Positions 1 through 12,976 of a stretch of DNA of 64,000 bases are shown here, piece by piece. The notes below the pieces were generated by a model, which saw only the letters and a list, made by a program, of their open reading frames with translations, had not been told where the DNA came from and did no database searches. Each line of letters starts with the position of its first letter. Position 1 is the first letter of the stretch. The position numbers and the translations under genes are program-made. Source of the DNA: Trichoplax adhaerens (taxonomy: Eukaryota > Animalia > Placozoa); NCBI RefSeq assembly GCF_000150275.1, contig NW_002060952.1, positions 1,168,452 to 1,232,451 on the forward strand, in the 5' to 3' direction.

Positions 1-450
1 CTTTGTAGAATTCTTATACGAAAATGATACTCTAAACTAGATCAACTTAGACTACCAACAGTGGTTTATCTATTATTTTCTAGGCCAAACGAACACAGTA
101 ACAAATGTAGACCTGCTTGATATAGGATGAATATAATAGCTAAATTGCAGTCTTTGAGTCTCATAAGATATATTCGAATGCCAGCATCACAACTAGAATG
201 TATGAGAGACGTCTTGGTAGTTCAACAGTAAAGAATAACAGCTATTACACTTCTGCTATTCCTTTATAAATGTATTAGTCAACAGTAGATATAAATATCT
301 CCATTGAAATTCTTTTAATTATTGGAATACGAACCAAGCCAATGATATGGTATAAATGAAATAAAGTGCCAGAGATTAATGATGCTTTCAGTAGTATACC
401 TGTACCTAATAACGAAATGAATATGCGCATAGGGATAAGATACTATAGAA

Positions 451-476
451 CCCCCCCCCCCAAAAAAAAAAAAAAA
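451..476. repeat. C11-A15 compound homopolymer
   Basis: 11 C at 451-461 followed directly by 15 A at 462-476. Confidence 0.9.
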
Positions 477-1120
477 TTCCATATAGATCCGGTAGCAAGG
501 ACACTATTGGTACAAACAGTGGCTATAGAATTAATAATTAATTTTTTTATTATTTATGGTCGGATCTAAATGACGTTGATTAAAGGCTTCAACAGCAATC
601 AACTGTAATAGCTAGTGGAAGTATAATAAATATTTGCCTACAAAAATTTTTCGATTTTTTCAATTTTTAACATGAAAATTTTCCTGCTTTGATATAGCAA
701 ATTTACCTAAAAACTCTGCAATTTTTAAGAGAATTCATTCAATTAATAACAAGCAAGATCTCTATGCATTAGGCCTAACACTAGGCCTCAAATAAGATTA
801 AAAGAATCAAGACTCTATTTTAGTTCCTATCATCAATAAGCCGGAAGAAGAGCACTAGGAAACTTTTGACGGCTCTTTCGTCTCATAATTGCATTTAAGC
901 AACCGCATAAAATATTTAAGACCTTTAAATCTACAAGTCTTATAGGGATGCATATATTTCCTTTATCAGAAAATTTTTTGGAAAGAAAATAATACAGAAA
1001 CTTTTCTGGCTAGTTTGGCTGCCCATTCTTCGTAAACAACTCTACGGTAGTCTTATAATTGCCCGACAAAGAGAAATATCAATCATGATTTCCATCGTCT
1101 TTTCGGCTTGATAAGCAATC

Positions 1121-2179
1121 ATGGCGGCAACATTGGTACTTGAGCCAACTTGTTTTAATGCTTCTTTTACGGCTATGGTCAACAACACAAGTCGATTACA
1201 GCTGCAATCAATCATTGATTTTTCATTTGGGGGTACTGCTTTAATAGCTAACTGCTGCATTTGTACTATCATCGCAATCAACAAAAGCCTTCATGAACCA
1301 TTTTATTACTTAATCCTTAATTTATCTTTATCCGATACGGTACTTGCAATATCTGTTGTCTTTCATGGGTTTTTGGATTGTGTATCAAACCAACAATTTC
1401 ATATAGGATCTATAGGCAATATTGGTTGTAAATTAGACATATTTTGTGCAATAACGTCTTTTTCTGCTTCTACAATGACATTATTTGCTATTAGTATCGA
1501 ACGATACCAGGCCATCTCTATGCATCGGTTTCATACAACTGGTATTGAGAAAACACGAATTGTTATTCTTACAACTTGGATATTTGCTTCTTTAACAGCA
1601 GTTATTCCGATGATTTACGCCAAAATTGAAACAGAATATCCTTACGAATGTGCCATTCAAACTATAGAAGTACCAGTATTATTATACTTAGAACTAATAA
1701 TGACTATCTTGATTTGCTTTCTTCCAATTACCTTGACGTTGATATGCCATGGTTTGACATCATGTAAACTTTATAAGATTAGCACGATTGATCCACATAT
1801 GTCAAGAGAAATTACAGTAAGAAACGATCGCATTAGGAAAAATATTCTTTCAGTTATCTTTATATCACTATTTTCAGCAATTACTGGCTTACCTCTAATT
1901 ATAGTGAATATCGCTACTGTCTTTGATAAGAAAAAATATAGTGTGGCATTAAATCCGCAAATATATACAATCGCTGCTACTTCATTTGTTGTATCTCCGG
2001 TTGTTAATCCGATTATATATAACTTTACTAGCAGTAAATTTCGCCAAGTTTTTGTATCTGCCTTTTGTCGAAAATTTTTCTTTAATCACAAGATTATCAC
2101 TGTAATCTCTTCCCATCACGATACTGGTACTCGTAGTAAAAGTTTTAGTAATCCTACAAAAATAAAATTACAGATTTGA
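1121..2179 (+). CDS. Intronless class A (rhodopsin-like) GPCR, 352 aa; the start could be the ATG at 1175
   Basis: Seven hydrophobic segments; TM1 N, TM2 NLSLSD, C3.25 (GCKLD), SIERY, TM4 W, ECL2 Cys, TM5 LP, TM7 NPIIY, helix-8 KFRQ; N-terminal N-glycosylation sequons. Confidence 0.93.
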   Translation: MAATLVLEPTCFNASFTAMVNNTSRLQLQSIIDFSFGGTALIANCCICTIIAINKSLHEPFYYLILNLSLSDTVLAISVVFHGFLDCVSNQQFHIGSIGNIGCKLDIFCAITSFSASTMTLFAISIERYQAISMHRFHTTGIEKTRIVILTTWIFASLTAVIPMIYAKIETEYPYECAIQTIEVPVLLYLELIMTILICFLPITLTLICHGLTSCKLYKISTIDPHMSREITVRNDRIRKNILSVIFISLFSAITGLPLIIVNIATVFDKKKYSVALNPQIYTIAATSFVVSPVVNPIIYNFTSSKFRQVFVSAFCRKFFFNHKIITVISSHHDTGTRSKSFSNPTKIKLQI

Positions 2180-3952
2180 TTGCAAAATATCATAATTTCT
2201 TAGCACGTATCATTTTAATGTAATGCCTGTTAACAGCTGATGTTGTTTAATTTAAACGAAAGCACAAGCCAGTATCTATGTTTTTAATGTGAAAATTGAC
2301 TTTCAGAAATGCACTATCAGAATAGATGATTAAGATAACGGTAGCTTAAAGATTTAATAATTGGCATAGTTGGGTAATAATTTTAACATCTTTAAAATTA
2401 TGTTTTTCTATAAGCTATTTGTAATACTTGAGGAGTCTATACTCTGTTCCTCTATAAAAATCCTAAATAGGACGCACAGTTTTATCTTCATATTATTGTA
2501 TATTATAAGATTAAGTCACTTTTTACTCATACGTATATAAAAGTTACTTGCTAAGTTTGATACTAATATATTTATTGTAATATTCTGCATTCCAAATAAC
2601 CACATGGCAGTAATAAGTAAGCAGATTCTCTATCCAATTGCTGGCAATATGTTGTATTAAGAATGAAATGTTACCAAGATTTGATCTGACTCTTCTGTAT
2701 AAATCGAAGTTCAATGACAACCGGACATATTAATTTCATCAATATTTTCTGTTAAATTACTTCGTCTATTTACTCTAGATTTCTACAGTCAGTATAGCCC
2801 TTAGCATAAACTCACAAAAGATTTCATATTATATCACATCATTTCTATTCATGTATCTACAAGCCATGCTCATTTGGCTTTGGCTTCTTCTACCTACCCC
2901 CACCCCCCAATATAATCTCGCTTGAGTATTCTGAGTCGTTATCCTCCAAGTCCTCCATTCTCCAATTAATGAATTTTTTATGATGATTAAATTAGTAATG
3001 AAACCCAAAATTTTGACAGTGATAGCTGTGAAAATTATTGATTAAAAAATTAGAGATAAATGTGTTCATCGAATATTACACAATTTTCTTCTGAAAGTCT
3101 GATAGATTTTTTTAAGACATACTGATACTAAAATTATCCATCCAAGAAAAATGTCAACGTTCAATATCATTTCAGTCAAAGATAACAAGTGTTAATCTAC
3201 TTGTACTCAGCCCAGCTTTTCGTTATCACATATGAAATTGTGATCATTCTTATACTCAGTACTTACTAGTTATCAAAATACCTTTCGCAAATGAATGAAC
3301 ATTGAAATTAATCTAATTTTAATACAATCAGTTTGGGGGTCAACATCTCATTAGAATTGTAGTGTATTACCCATTTTCAACATATTCAAATGTTAGCATA
3401 ATTATAGATATAAATTATTAACTTCGCAATGCACGGTAGTTCAATTGTTCACATAGGAGCGCAGCATAATATTCTGGAGATATTAATTTTTTTTAATTTA
3501 CAATATGTTTCAACATCATTAAATTTTAAAATTTTTCGTTTCAGTACCATTTTCAAATGAAATTGGCATTAACGCCTATGGAATTAATCGATATTGTTTA
3601 AAGTATGGCATGAATAGAACTAATATTCAAATTATCACGGTTAGATAGTAATTTAGTCAGTCAAATTAGATTTAGAAATAAGTTTCAGTTAGGAACTGAG
3701 AAAACATTCCTAATTATATAGGACAATATCTTGCTAAATTTGTTGTTTCATCTTCATATTGCCGTCCCACCTGAAATGTGCAGTTCTCATAGGATCCCGC
3801 TAATAAAACTTCATCGACACCCTTTATTTAACGTATGAATATTCCTTACGAAGTGATATTTTAGTTCAATACTCGATTATTTTAGTACCGCTTTTATCAA
3901 TAAAATTTATAATTCAACAGATTTAGCAAATCCGTAATCTGACTAATCTAGT

Positions 3953-4504
3953 TGTCACAATTTCACTTCTGCGACAAGGTAACGTACAGTAAAAGTCTAT
4001 AAGTAGCTACTGACTTAAACGCCCTTTTACTTAACGTTAAACACACCAAGCAAAATACTGTAAAGATGAAACTTTTATTAGCAAAGATACATCTACAACT
4101 TTTTACCACACCACTCAACTTAAATGTTCCCGTTTATATAGGAACCGTCTAACTTGTAAACAACAACAGTATTATTATTATACCTTACTAGGAGAAACAT
4201 CTCGAGCTGAGATGTTCCTTACATAGCTTATCTATCAGTAAATATTTTGAACCTCTTACTCATAATTAATCTTAATCTAAGCTCGTAGATTGTCTAATTC
4301 AACTATCATCAACTAGAACTTGAATAATCTTACTGCTATCTATCATACAATAACAATCAATATCAATTATGTAATGAACTATTACAAACAACATCCACGT
4401 TAAGGCATTACTTATCTTACCTAGAACTACAAATATGGATATTCTCCATACTAGCTACTACTGTACTTATTAAACTATCCTAATGACAAGGCAACACCGT
4501 AACA
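3953..4504 (-). mobile_element. Solo LTR, family 1 (552 bp)
   Basis: Ends TGTCAC...GTAACA; exact 5-bp TSD CTAGT (3948-3952 / 4505-4509); reverse complement of 48100-48648; TATATAAA and AATAAA on the minus strand. Confidence 0.9.
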
Positions 4505-5531
4505 CTAGTGTAGACTAAACACGGCTTAAATTGTTTCACCAAACGCCATCTTCATGAAGCTATATGCTTTTTCCATCTCCATATTACTTTAGATATTAAT
4601 CTATTTATTCATTTGTTATTTAAATCTTACTGGCTTGCATTATTTGTTGGTGTTTATAACTACAACATTCTGATCATTGCTATCAGTTATTTAAAAGCAT
4701 AGAACTAATCTATAGTTTTCAACGATGCTCATTTGAACGCCTGTAAATTTACTTTGCGATCAAGATAAAGCTTATCTGGGAGGACATAATTCCATGTATA
4801 AGTAAAATGATATAGCTTAAATATATTGCAATTATTCGTTTGCATGATACACTGATTTTTGTAGAGCTAATACTCTCGAATTAATTATAATATCATTAAT
4901 AAGCAAAAAGATATTGATCCTTTTAAGTTAATCAACCCAAATTCACTCTATTTCTAGAGACTTTGAAGTTTTATAGAAATATACATTATGCATCTAGTAA
5001 TTATTTGCAATTTACTAGACTATCGGAGTTGCATCTAACTTACTTTTTTCGAAAGTATACCAATGTATGTATATTGATTTCAGAACATTTTCTATGTTCA
5101 TAGTATGATCAAATTTGAATCTTTCACTTCAAATCTTATTTAAGGTCGTCACTAATTTGGTACTTCCTCGTTTACAACGAAACAGAGATTTTACGTAACA
5201 GAAGCTCGTAATAGAAACTCTCCCACAAAAGGAATCTTTAAAATGATACAGGTTAATAACATTGAGTATTAAAATCTTGCAAAGATTCAGCTACTAAATC
5301 AAAAAATAAAACCTATACGCACCTGTCGCTAAAGCATATCATTTTTGCTAAACTTTAATTTAAAAACTGTAAAGAGTGTTTAAATATTCCTTTTAGCTTC
5401 GACGATTGAAGTAACATGAATCATTTCATGTTCGTGCTAGCTAATCCGTAATGATTTTCATGTGGATAAATTACGTTCAAATGGCAGAAACTAGCCATTT
5501 AGTACGAAGATAATAATAACGTAATACTATC

Positions 5532-5879
5532 TGTTATATTAATGTAATGGTGTTTACTGTTGATGCAATAACTAAGGTTAGTCTTGATTGTCAAGATTTA
5601 GATATGGCTCCTTTTTTAATGTAATTACCTATATTTAACTAATCAAACTAAATATGAGTACGTAAGAGAAACAATATTTTTGGCTGTGCAAGCTAAGTAT
5701 GGGAGAGATTTTTACGAAGAGTTGTTGTTTAGATGGGATCTTGTTACTCGCTGGTAATATATCACTATTAATTTAGTTGTTGTTCAGTTAATCGTTAGTA
5801 ACTTCTATTTCATAACTAATAGAATGAATATAGCCAGATCTAGAGTCTGTTTTTTATTATTTATTACTACATCCCGACA
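5532..5879. mobile_element. Solo-LTR-like insertion (348 bp)
   Basis: TGT...ACA ends; exact TSD CTATC (5527-5531 / 5880-5884); the duplicated segment at about 6810-6825 shows the empty site (taatactatcattttg). Confidence 0.85.
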
Positions 5880-6245
5880 CTATCATTTTCACTGAGCGGA
5901 GTATGCTAAATTCTATTTATTTACTACAGAATGAAATTAATCACTATCCCAAATTTTATCGTGCCTTTGCGATAGTTTTGAACGGTGATGTTTCAGTGGT
6001 ATTCGAATCTAATTCCATAAATGTGATCTTCAATAATAAACTACTTAATAGACTTTGCCTTTTGTAGCAAATAAAACTATGAAATAATGCGTAATAATAT
6101 TTTAATTGATTTCAGTAATATTAATGTTGAAACCTTCTAATGAATCAATAGCTAATTTTACCTACTGCTGCCTAATGAAGACAACAGTATTTACGAACAT
6201 AGACATCTAAAGACCAATACAAAATAGTCAGATTACAGTATGTCC

Positions 6246-6436
6246 TGTCACGGAGCATTTCCATGATAATCTGCAATCTACCATAAGTAAGTTACAATTA
6301 CAATAAAAGCTAGTACTATATTTAAACACCATACATCCAAATTGGAAACTCACTAATTAAGGGTAAGCTAACAAAATTATCTTAATATAGATATTTCTAC
6401 TCTAATCTCGACAATACAGTGTATAGCACTGTAACA
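6246..6436. mobile_element. LTR-like relic at the tandem-duplication junction
   Basis: TGTCACGG...CTGTAACA ends; the right end abuts the start of the second duplicate copy; no matching TSD. Confidence 0.45.
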
Positions 6437-7266
6437 CTTATTTAAAGTCGTCATTAATTCATTATTTGCTCGTTCAAAACGAAGCAGAGATTTTACCGTA
6501 GCAAAAATTTTCCTACTAAACCAATCTCCGAAGTAGTTTAGAGTAATAACATTGAGTATTAAAATCTTGCAACGTTTCAGTTACTAAACTGAAAGATAAA
6601 ACTTACACGTATCTGTCGTTAAACATTTCATTTTGCTTAACTTTAATTGAATACTACAAATAGTACTTGAATATTCCTTTTAGCTTCGACGATTAAAGTG
6701 ATGCGATTCATTTCACGTTGATGCAAACAAGTTCGTAATGATTTTCAGGTAAATGAATTACGTTAACATAGAAGAAACTAGCCATTTGCTAAGAAGATAA
6801 TATTAACGTAATACTATCATTTTGCAAAGAGTAATATGTTCAACTTCTATTTACATACCATAGAATGAAATTGATTACTATCCAGCATTTATCGCTTATT
6901 TTTTTATATTTACAAATGAAAATATTTCAGTTGCACTTGAATCCAATTCATTTCAGGCATCTTTCAGCAATTATGATTAGGTATTCAATAAATATTACCT
7001 TTTTAAGTAATTAAAACTTTGAAAAGCTGCTTGATAAATTTTTAATTTATTTGAAAGTATTTGAATCTAAATGCAAAATCACTATGTTGAGAAAAAATTA
7101 TCATACTTATTTTATTGAAGGGTCAATGACTGTAGTGTAAAACATAAAATTTTCTGTACATAAAAACTAAAAAATTCTGATCTAATTATTGCATTTGATT
7201 ATAGTATAATTGAATCCATTAGTAAATTCTAATTTCATTAAAAATTTTATTTAGGAAGGAGAACAG

Positions 7267-7393
7267 GTGTATATATGAACCTAGATTTACTTGAGGCATA
7301 TTGATAGTAAGTAAAATTGTTTTACGATTAGACGTATGTCACAGTACGCGTTTATTAAAATTCTGTTAGACATCCTTTAGCCCCCATTTTTAG
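7267..7393 (+). other. Putative 5'-UTR intron of GPCR 7426 (equivalents at 11340-11466 and 20042-20170)
   Basis: ACAG|GTGTA donor-like and TTTTTAG acceptor-like motifs conserved in all three paralogues at 127/127/129 bp spacing, ending 32 bp before the ATG in each. Confidence 0.5.
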
Positions 7394-7425
7394 CAATATT
7401 TATCTACAAGTGTTCATTAAACAAA

Positions 7426-8400
7426 ATGAATACTAGTAATTCTACATTTTCGAATATAACTAATAAAAAACAAGTACTTATGGACATATCTCAATTTTCT
7501 ATCGGAATCGTAGGTATTATTATGAACTTATTAGTTTGTTTGATCTTCGGAACTCATCGAAATTTACATCGACCCTTTAATTATTTACTTGTTAGTTTGT
7601 CAATATCTGATTTAGTGATATCTTTCTCGATAACCTTTAATTTATTCGTCGATATCTTGGGTAATTCATTTCTCTCTATAATCAGTACCATGGTTATCTG
7701 TAAGTTTAGCTATTTCTCCGGTTTTACATCGACATGTGCTACTGCTTTAACTTTAATGGTTATTAGTATAGAACGTTATCAAGCGATCGCTAGTATGCAC
7801 GTCCAAAAATTAAAATTATCATCTACACGCAAGCTTATTCTTATTATTTGGATGCTATCTGCAGCAGGAGCTGTTATACCAACGATTTACGCAGGCATTA
7901 TATTGAGAACTTATTATGATTGTACGATAGCCGTCATTAATATTCCGGCACTTATTATTTGTTCAATTTTGCTTTCCTTACTTTGCTTACTTCCAACGAT
8001 AGCCATGTTTGCCCTCTATTTTATCATTATCTATAAACTTCTGAAAACCGATGATAGTAAGAAATTAGAAATTAACTCGATCACTGAAAGAAGGCAAAAA
8101 ATTTTACGTCATAATATCCTTCCTATAGTGGGTATTTCGATATTCTCAGCAGCTTCAACAATTCCTTACCTTTTATTAACTGGTTTATATTTAATCGGCA
8201 ATCATATGAATCCTAATTTTATGCGTTTGTTTTATGCACAAACAGGAACTTTATATTCAATCAGCAGCTTGTTTTTCATTATATGTCCAGTAATCAACCC
8301 TCTTTTGTTCAACTTTGCTAGCCGCGAATATCGAAAATCCTTATTTTCAATGCTTAGATGTAATTACCCTGATCGGATACGTACCAATATCATAACGTAA
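7426..8400 (+). CDS. Intronless class A GPCR, 324 aa (subfamily A)
   Basis: 7TM; SLSISD, ICKF, SIERY, LP..Y in TM5, NPLLF (Y7.53 to F), helix 8 EYRK. Confidence 0.92.
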   Translation: MNTSNSTFSNITNKKQVLMDISQFSIGIVGIIMNLLVCLIFGTHRNLHRPFNYLLVSLSISDLVISFSITFNLFVDILGNSFLSIISTMVICKFSYFSGFTSTCATALTLMVISIERYQAIASMHVQKLKLSSTRKLILIIWMLSAAGAVIPTIYAGIILRTYYDCTIAVINIPALIICSILLSLLCLLPTIAMFALYFIIIYKLLKTDDSKKLEINSITERRQKILRHNILPIVGISIFSAASTIPYLLLTGLYLIGNHMNPNFMRLFYAQTGTLYSISSLFFIICPVINPLLFNFASREYRKSLFSMLRCNYPDRIRTNIIT

Positions 8401-8859
8401 TACTATTTCCCTGAAATCTGGAGTTCATAAATCTGTAGTGCATCGAGCAAAGCCAAAATTGCAACCATTTCTTTATAACAGAGTAAACTAAAAAGTTAGC
8501 ATTAGGAAAGAAGAACTTATCACTGAAATTATTTCAATAACCATATATTACGAAAGAGATCGACACCGAATGAGTGAATGAAGAATTGATGGACGATAAC
8601 ATGATTATGAATATAGAAGTGGTAATGTGTTAACCGGCTCCATTAACACAAGGAAGAATTTGGCAGTACTAATAAATAGAATACGTAAACATTTATTTCA
8701 AAAGAATGCATATTACAAAGGCGATTTCGGTAAAAAACAACGTCAACCCCCATAGAATATGCTAGAGTAATCAAGTTTCTATTTCACGAAGTAATACAAC
8801 TATTTCTGGTATGTGTATTCAAGTGAGTGCTGATTTCATGGCTGAGTATTTTGACTTTC

Positions 8860-9340
8860 ACGAACTTAAAATAGACTGCTTTCATCATCAATTGATTGAA
8901 AATGTCTTTAATGCCGGTATTCAAGTGCAGGTATAGTATAACGATAGAAGAACGTCTACGCTAACGATAGCATAAAGGTAATAGCTATTCATGCTGATCT
9001 TCCGGCAATTAGGAATCCTTGTGAAAAAAAATATGGTCTAATTTTAAATTAAGTAGATATATTAACGAATGGTAATTTTGATCTAGAATTACAAGTTTCT
9101 TACCTAAGTGCTCTGGTTTTGTTTAACTTAAAATAGGTTACTTTCACTTATCATCGATTAATTTAAAATGTCGTTAATAGCGATTTTGCGATGTGAGTAT
9201 AATAACGAAAGGACTTGTAGATTAACAATAAGATATCAATAACGTTGATTTGGCGGCGATCTGCAACCCTTGTAGCAAAGAATATGATCTTATTCTAAAT
9301 TAAATAGATATATTAGTGTACGGTAATTTTGATTTAAAGT
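8860..9340 (+). repeat. Diverged tandem duplication of about 260 bp downstream of subfamily A genes
   Basis: aacttaaaatag..tttca..atca..gatt..aaaatgtc and ggtaattttgat recur at about 8862/9125 and 9071/9322; the same pair is seen at about 12862/13201. Confidence 0.7.
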
Positions 9341-9666
9341 TTCTTTATGTTGTTATCGTTATTTCATGAATGTAAGTGATAAATTTTTATTTCATAGATT
9401 GATAGATAATTATAATATAGTAGATAGGTGTAAACTGTACATGGTTAGTTAATAGTAGCCATGTGGTTCTGTTAAATCATATTGTGAAATTAAAGTCGGG
9501 AATATCACCTCATAGTATTAAATCATTCAGTCTTATGGTGTGTATTGAGTTCTCGTAAGCATTACTTAAAGAATCTTCGGAAAGAGTTAAATGGTTATTA
9601 GACAATGCGTAAATAAAGAAACTATATGGTAATTTGTGAAGTATTATTTCTTTATACAATGAGAAT

Positions 9667-9716
9667 NNNNNNNNNNNNNNNNNNNNNNNNNNNNNNNNNN
9701 NNNNNNNNNNNNNNNN
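9667..9716. other. Assembly gap (50 N)
   Basis: Run of N. Confidence 1.
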
Positions 9717-11498
9717 TTTCATAATGTTTAAATAGCTCAAAGCTATCTGTGCAATTTAACCTTAAAGACTTAGATACCGTGACTAATCAGTGCGTAAACG
9801 AGAGTGTAGTGTCCACACCATTGTACATAGCATGGTGCTATATAATCTCAGCGTCCTTACCATATATTAAATTTGACTGTCTACTTTATGCACGTCTGTC
9901 GGTGTCGCCATGAGAACATCCGATTAATTTAAATCATTTGCTTTTGAGTATCTGTTTGTGTATGTTACAACTTCCAAATTTTGTAACAAGTACTAGATCT
10001 GCACTCAGTAAGGAGACCCAGTAATTAAGTTGAAGAACTAACTTTATTGTTAAAATGAAGAGTTTATATACTTTCTTTATTGTGACCTTTGATCTACTGA
10101 CGTAGATCACAAGATCATCACTAACAGAAAGGTTTCCCTAGTTTAGTCATTACAAATAGACTATCATGCCAAGTATGGCAACATGAGAATACATATATAG
10201 ATAATCTTAATATAGTACCATAACTACATCTATATACGCCTGACGTGATAACATCGTGATATTTAACCATATATAGAAAGAAGGTAACATACTAATTATG
10301 TAACTATTACAGAACGTGACAGTGTATTACTGCGCTATCAGCTACGACCCATCAAAAGCTTCAAGCTTCAAGGCAATCGTTAAGCAGAAGATACTAAATC
10401 TTAATATTTAACTCAAATAATGCTCACCTTTGAGAGTGGCTGACAGTAGGGGAAGAGTGAGGAGCTTGAACTTAGTTGTTAGTTTAGTACAGCATCATCT
10501 TTGGATACGGAGGAGGCTTAAGTAGTCTCTGCAGTAAGAAATAGTATAAAATCTACATACTAAGCATTGAAATATTTTGGATTGGTAATTAAAGTACTGC
10601 ACTAGATCACAAATGAGAGGTACTAGGATATCATTTAAATATAGCATTAATTTACGATAAAGATTGACTAAGCAGGCTTAGGATCATCTGCCTCGAGGAA
10701 GACATATTGTTGCGCGTAGTTTTTCAGTATACAGGTCTAAAATTTTGATAAAAGAATATTCCTAGATTGAACTACAATCGAGTTAGTAATGATTAATAAA
10801 CGAGGAACCGTAGATGGGGTGCCCCAGCTGGATGTCTAATAACGAACCATTACAGGTTGCAACAGATAGTGGCAATGTTATACTGCTATTTTTACAACGC
10901 GAAATATGTTCAATTTCTATTTATTTCAACAGAATTAAATTTGATTATTAGACATACACATTTTATCAGGCCTTTTTAAGTAATTATGTACAAAAATATT
11001 TCAGTTATATTTGAATGCAATTCAATAAATGCCTCTTTCAATAATTAGATTTTCAATAGATATCGACCTTCATAGCAGTTACAACTATGTAATAATGCAT
11101 CCTAGTATTTTAATTGATTTAAAAGTATTTGAACCTAACTACAAAATTTTTAAGTTGAGAAAGGATTGCTATGGCTACATTTCTGAGGGATCAATGACTG
11201 CCATTTAAAAGAAAAAATTTCGGTAAATAAATACTCAAAATTTTTTATTTGATTATTATGTTTGTTGTAGTATAATTGAATCCATTATATATTAACAAAC
11301 TCCAATTATATTAACAATTATATTTATAAAGGAAAACAGGTGTACATACAACCTTAATTTTATTTAATGCTTGCTGATAGTAAATAAAATTATCTTTTGA
11401 TCAGACAGATATCACTGTAACTACTTATTAAAATTCTATTAGATAGCATTTAGCCCTCATTTTTAGCAATCTTGAACTACAACCGTTCATTTAACAAA

Positions 11499-12481
11499 AT
11501 GAATACTAGCAGTTTTTCATTTTCGAATATAACTAGTAAACCCCAAGTAGCCATTGCTATATCTAAACTTCCCATCGGAATCGTAGGTATTATTATGAAC
11601 TTATTAGTTTATCGATTTCTGATTTAATGATATCTTGCTCTATAATTTTTAATTTATTCATTGATATCTTGGACAACCAATTGCTTTCTTCAATTAGTGC
11701 TATCGTTATCTGTAAGTTTAACTGTTTCTCTGGTTTTATATCGATAAGTGCTGCTGCTTTAACATTAATATTTATTAGTGTGAAACCTTATCAAGCGATC
11801 GCTAGTATGCACATCCAAGAATTAAAGTTATCATCTATACGTAAGCTTATTCTTATTATCTGGATTTTATCGGCAGTAGGAGCTGTAATCTCGACAGTTT
11901 TCTCAGACATTATGCTGAAAACTCATTTTGATTGTACGATAGCCGTTATTGATAGCCTACTACTTGTTATCATTTGTTCAATTTTACTTTCCTTACTTCC
12001 AGCGATAGCCATGTTTACCATTTATTTCGTCATTATCTATAAACTTCTGAAAACCTTTAATAGTAAGAAATTAAAAATTAACTCGATCGCCCAAGGAAGA
12101 CAAACAACTTTACGACGTTATATCCTTCCTGTAGTGAGTATTGCGATATTCTCAGCAGTATCAGCAATTCCTTTCTTTTCATTAAATGACTTTTATTTAA
12201 TCGGTAATCATGTGAGTCCTAATCTTAAGGGTTTGTTTTTTGCACAAATAGGAACATTTAATTCAATCAGCTGCCTACTTTTCATCATGAGTCCAGTAAT
12301 TAACCCTCTCTTATATAACTTTGCTAGCAGTGAATTTCGAAAAACCTTATCTTCAATGCTTAGGTGTAATTACTATAGTCAGATACATACCAATATCAGT
12401 AATACTATTTCCATGAAATTCGGAGTTTATAAATTTATATCGAATAAAGTGCCAATTCAAACAGTTTTCACAACATGCTAA
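11499..12481 (+). pseudogene. GPCR pseudogene (subfamily A)
   Basis: ATG at 11499 (MNTSSFSFSNITSK) homologous to 7426/20203; a 61-bp deletion at about 11610 removes the end of TM1, ICL1 and the start of TM2 and shifts the frame; ERY mutated to KPY; 9-bp deletion in TM5. Confidence 0.88.
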
Positions 12482-12976
12482 ACTAAAAAATTGGCAGTAG
12501 AAAAGAAGAACTTTAATGCTAAATTTATAGCAGTAACTTTATCTTGCGAAAGAGATTCTATACCAAGTCGATAAGTGAACAATTAATGGACGATAAGATA
12601 ATTATGAATATAGAAGATATAATGTATTAACCAGCTCCATTAGCACATGGAAGAATTTAGTGGTACCAATTAATAGGATGTCTAAAAATCTATTTCAAAA
12701 GATTACATATTATGAGGGCACCCTTTGGCGTAACAAGCAACTACCACCTTCATAAAAATGCTACAGAGTAATTAAGTTTCTGTTCACAACGCCTTGAAAC
12801 TACTTCTGATACGAATGTTCGTGAAAGTGTTATTTCCATGCTAAGTATTCTGGCTTTATCAAACTTAAGATAGGCTGCTTTTATTATCAATCGATTTAAA
12901 ATATGTCTTCAATGCCGAAATTGCAGTGCAAAAATATGACGATAGGAGGATTGCAATAAGATATTGATAATAGCTA

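Larger units (their letters stand above)
5135..7050 (+). repeat. Local tandem duplication of the region upstream of GPCR 7426 (about 5135-6120 vs 6437-7050)
   Basis: Long colinear matches, e.g. taataacattgagtattaaaatcttgcaa and aatattccttttagcttcgacgatt occur in both copies; a third homologue lies at about 19380-19830. Confidence 0.85.

Noticed and set aside
366-569. 67-aa ORF with PPPKKKKK resembling an NLS
   Set aside because: It is only the translation of the C11-A15 homopolymer, with a GTG start and no recognisable domain.
1042-1284. Antisense 80-aa ORF over GPCR 1121 (also 21124 and 41331)
   Set aside because: Shadow ORFs of real coding sequence with no independent support.
9748-10864. 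LTR-like composition with hairpin TGATCTAC-TGAC-GTAGATCA and a ...GCAACA end
   Set aside because: Probably repeat-derived, but I could not define boundaries or an exact TSD, and it lies next to a gap.
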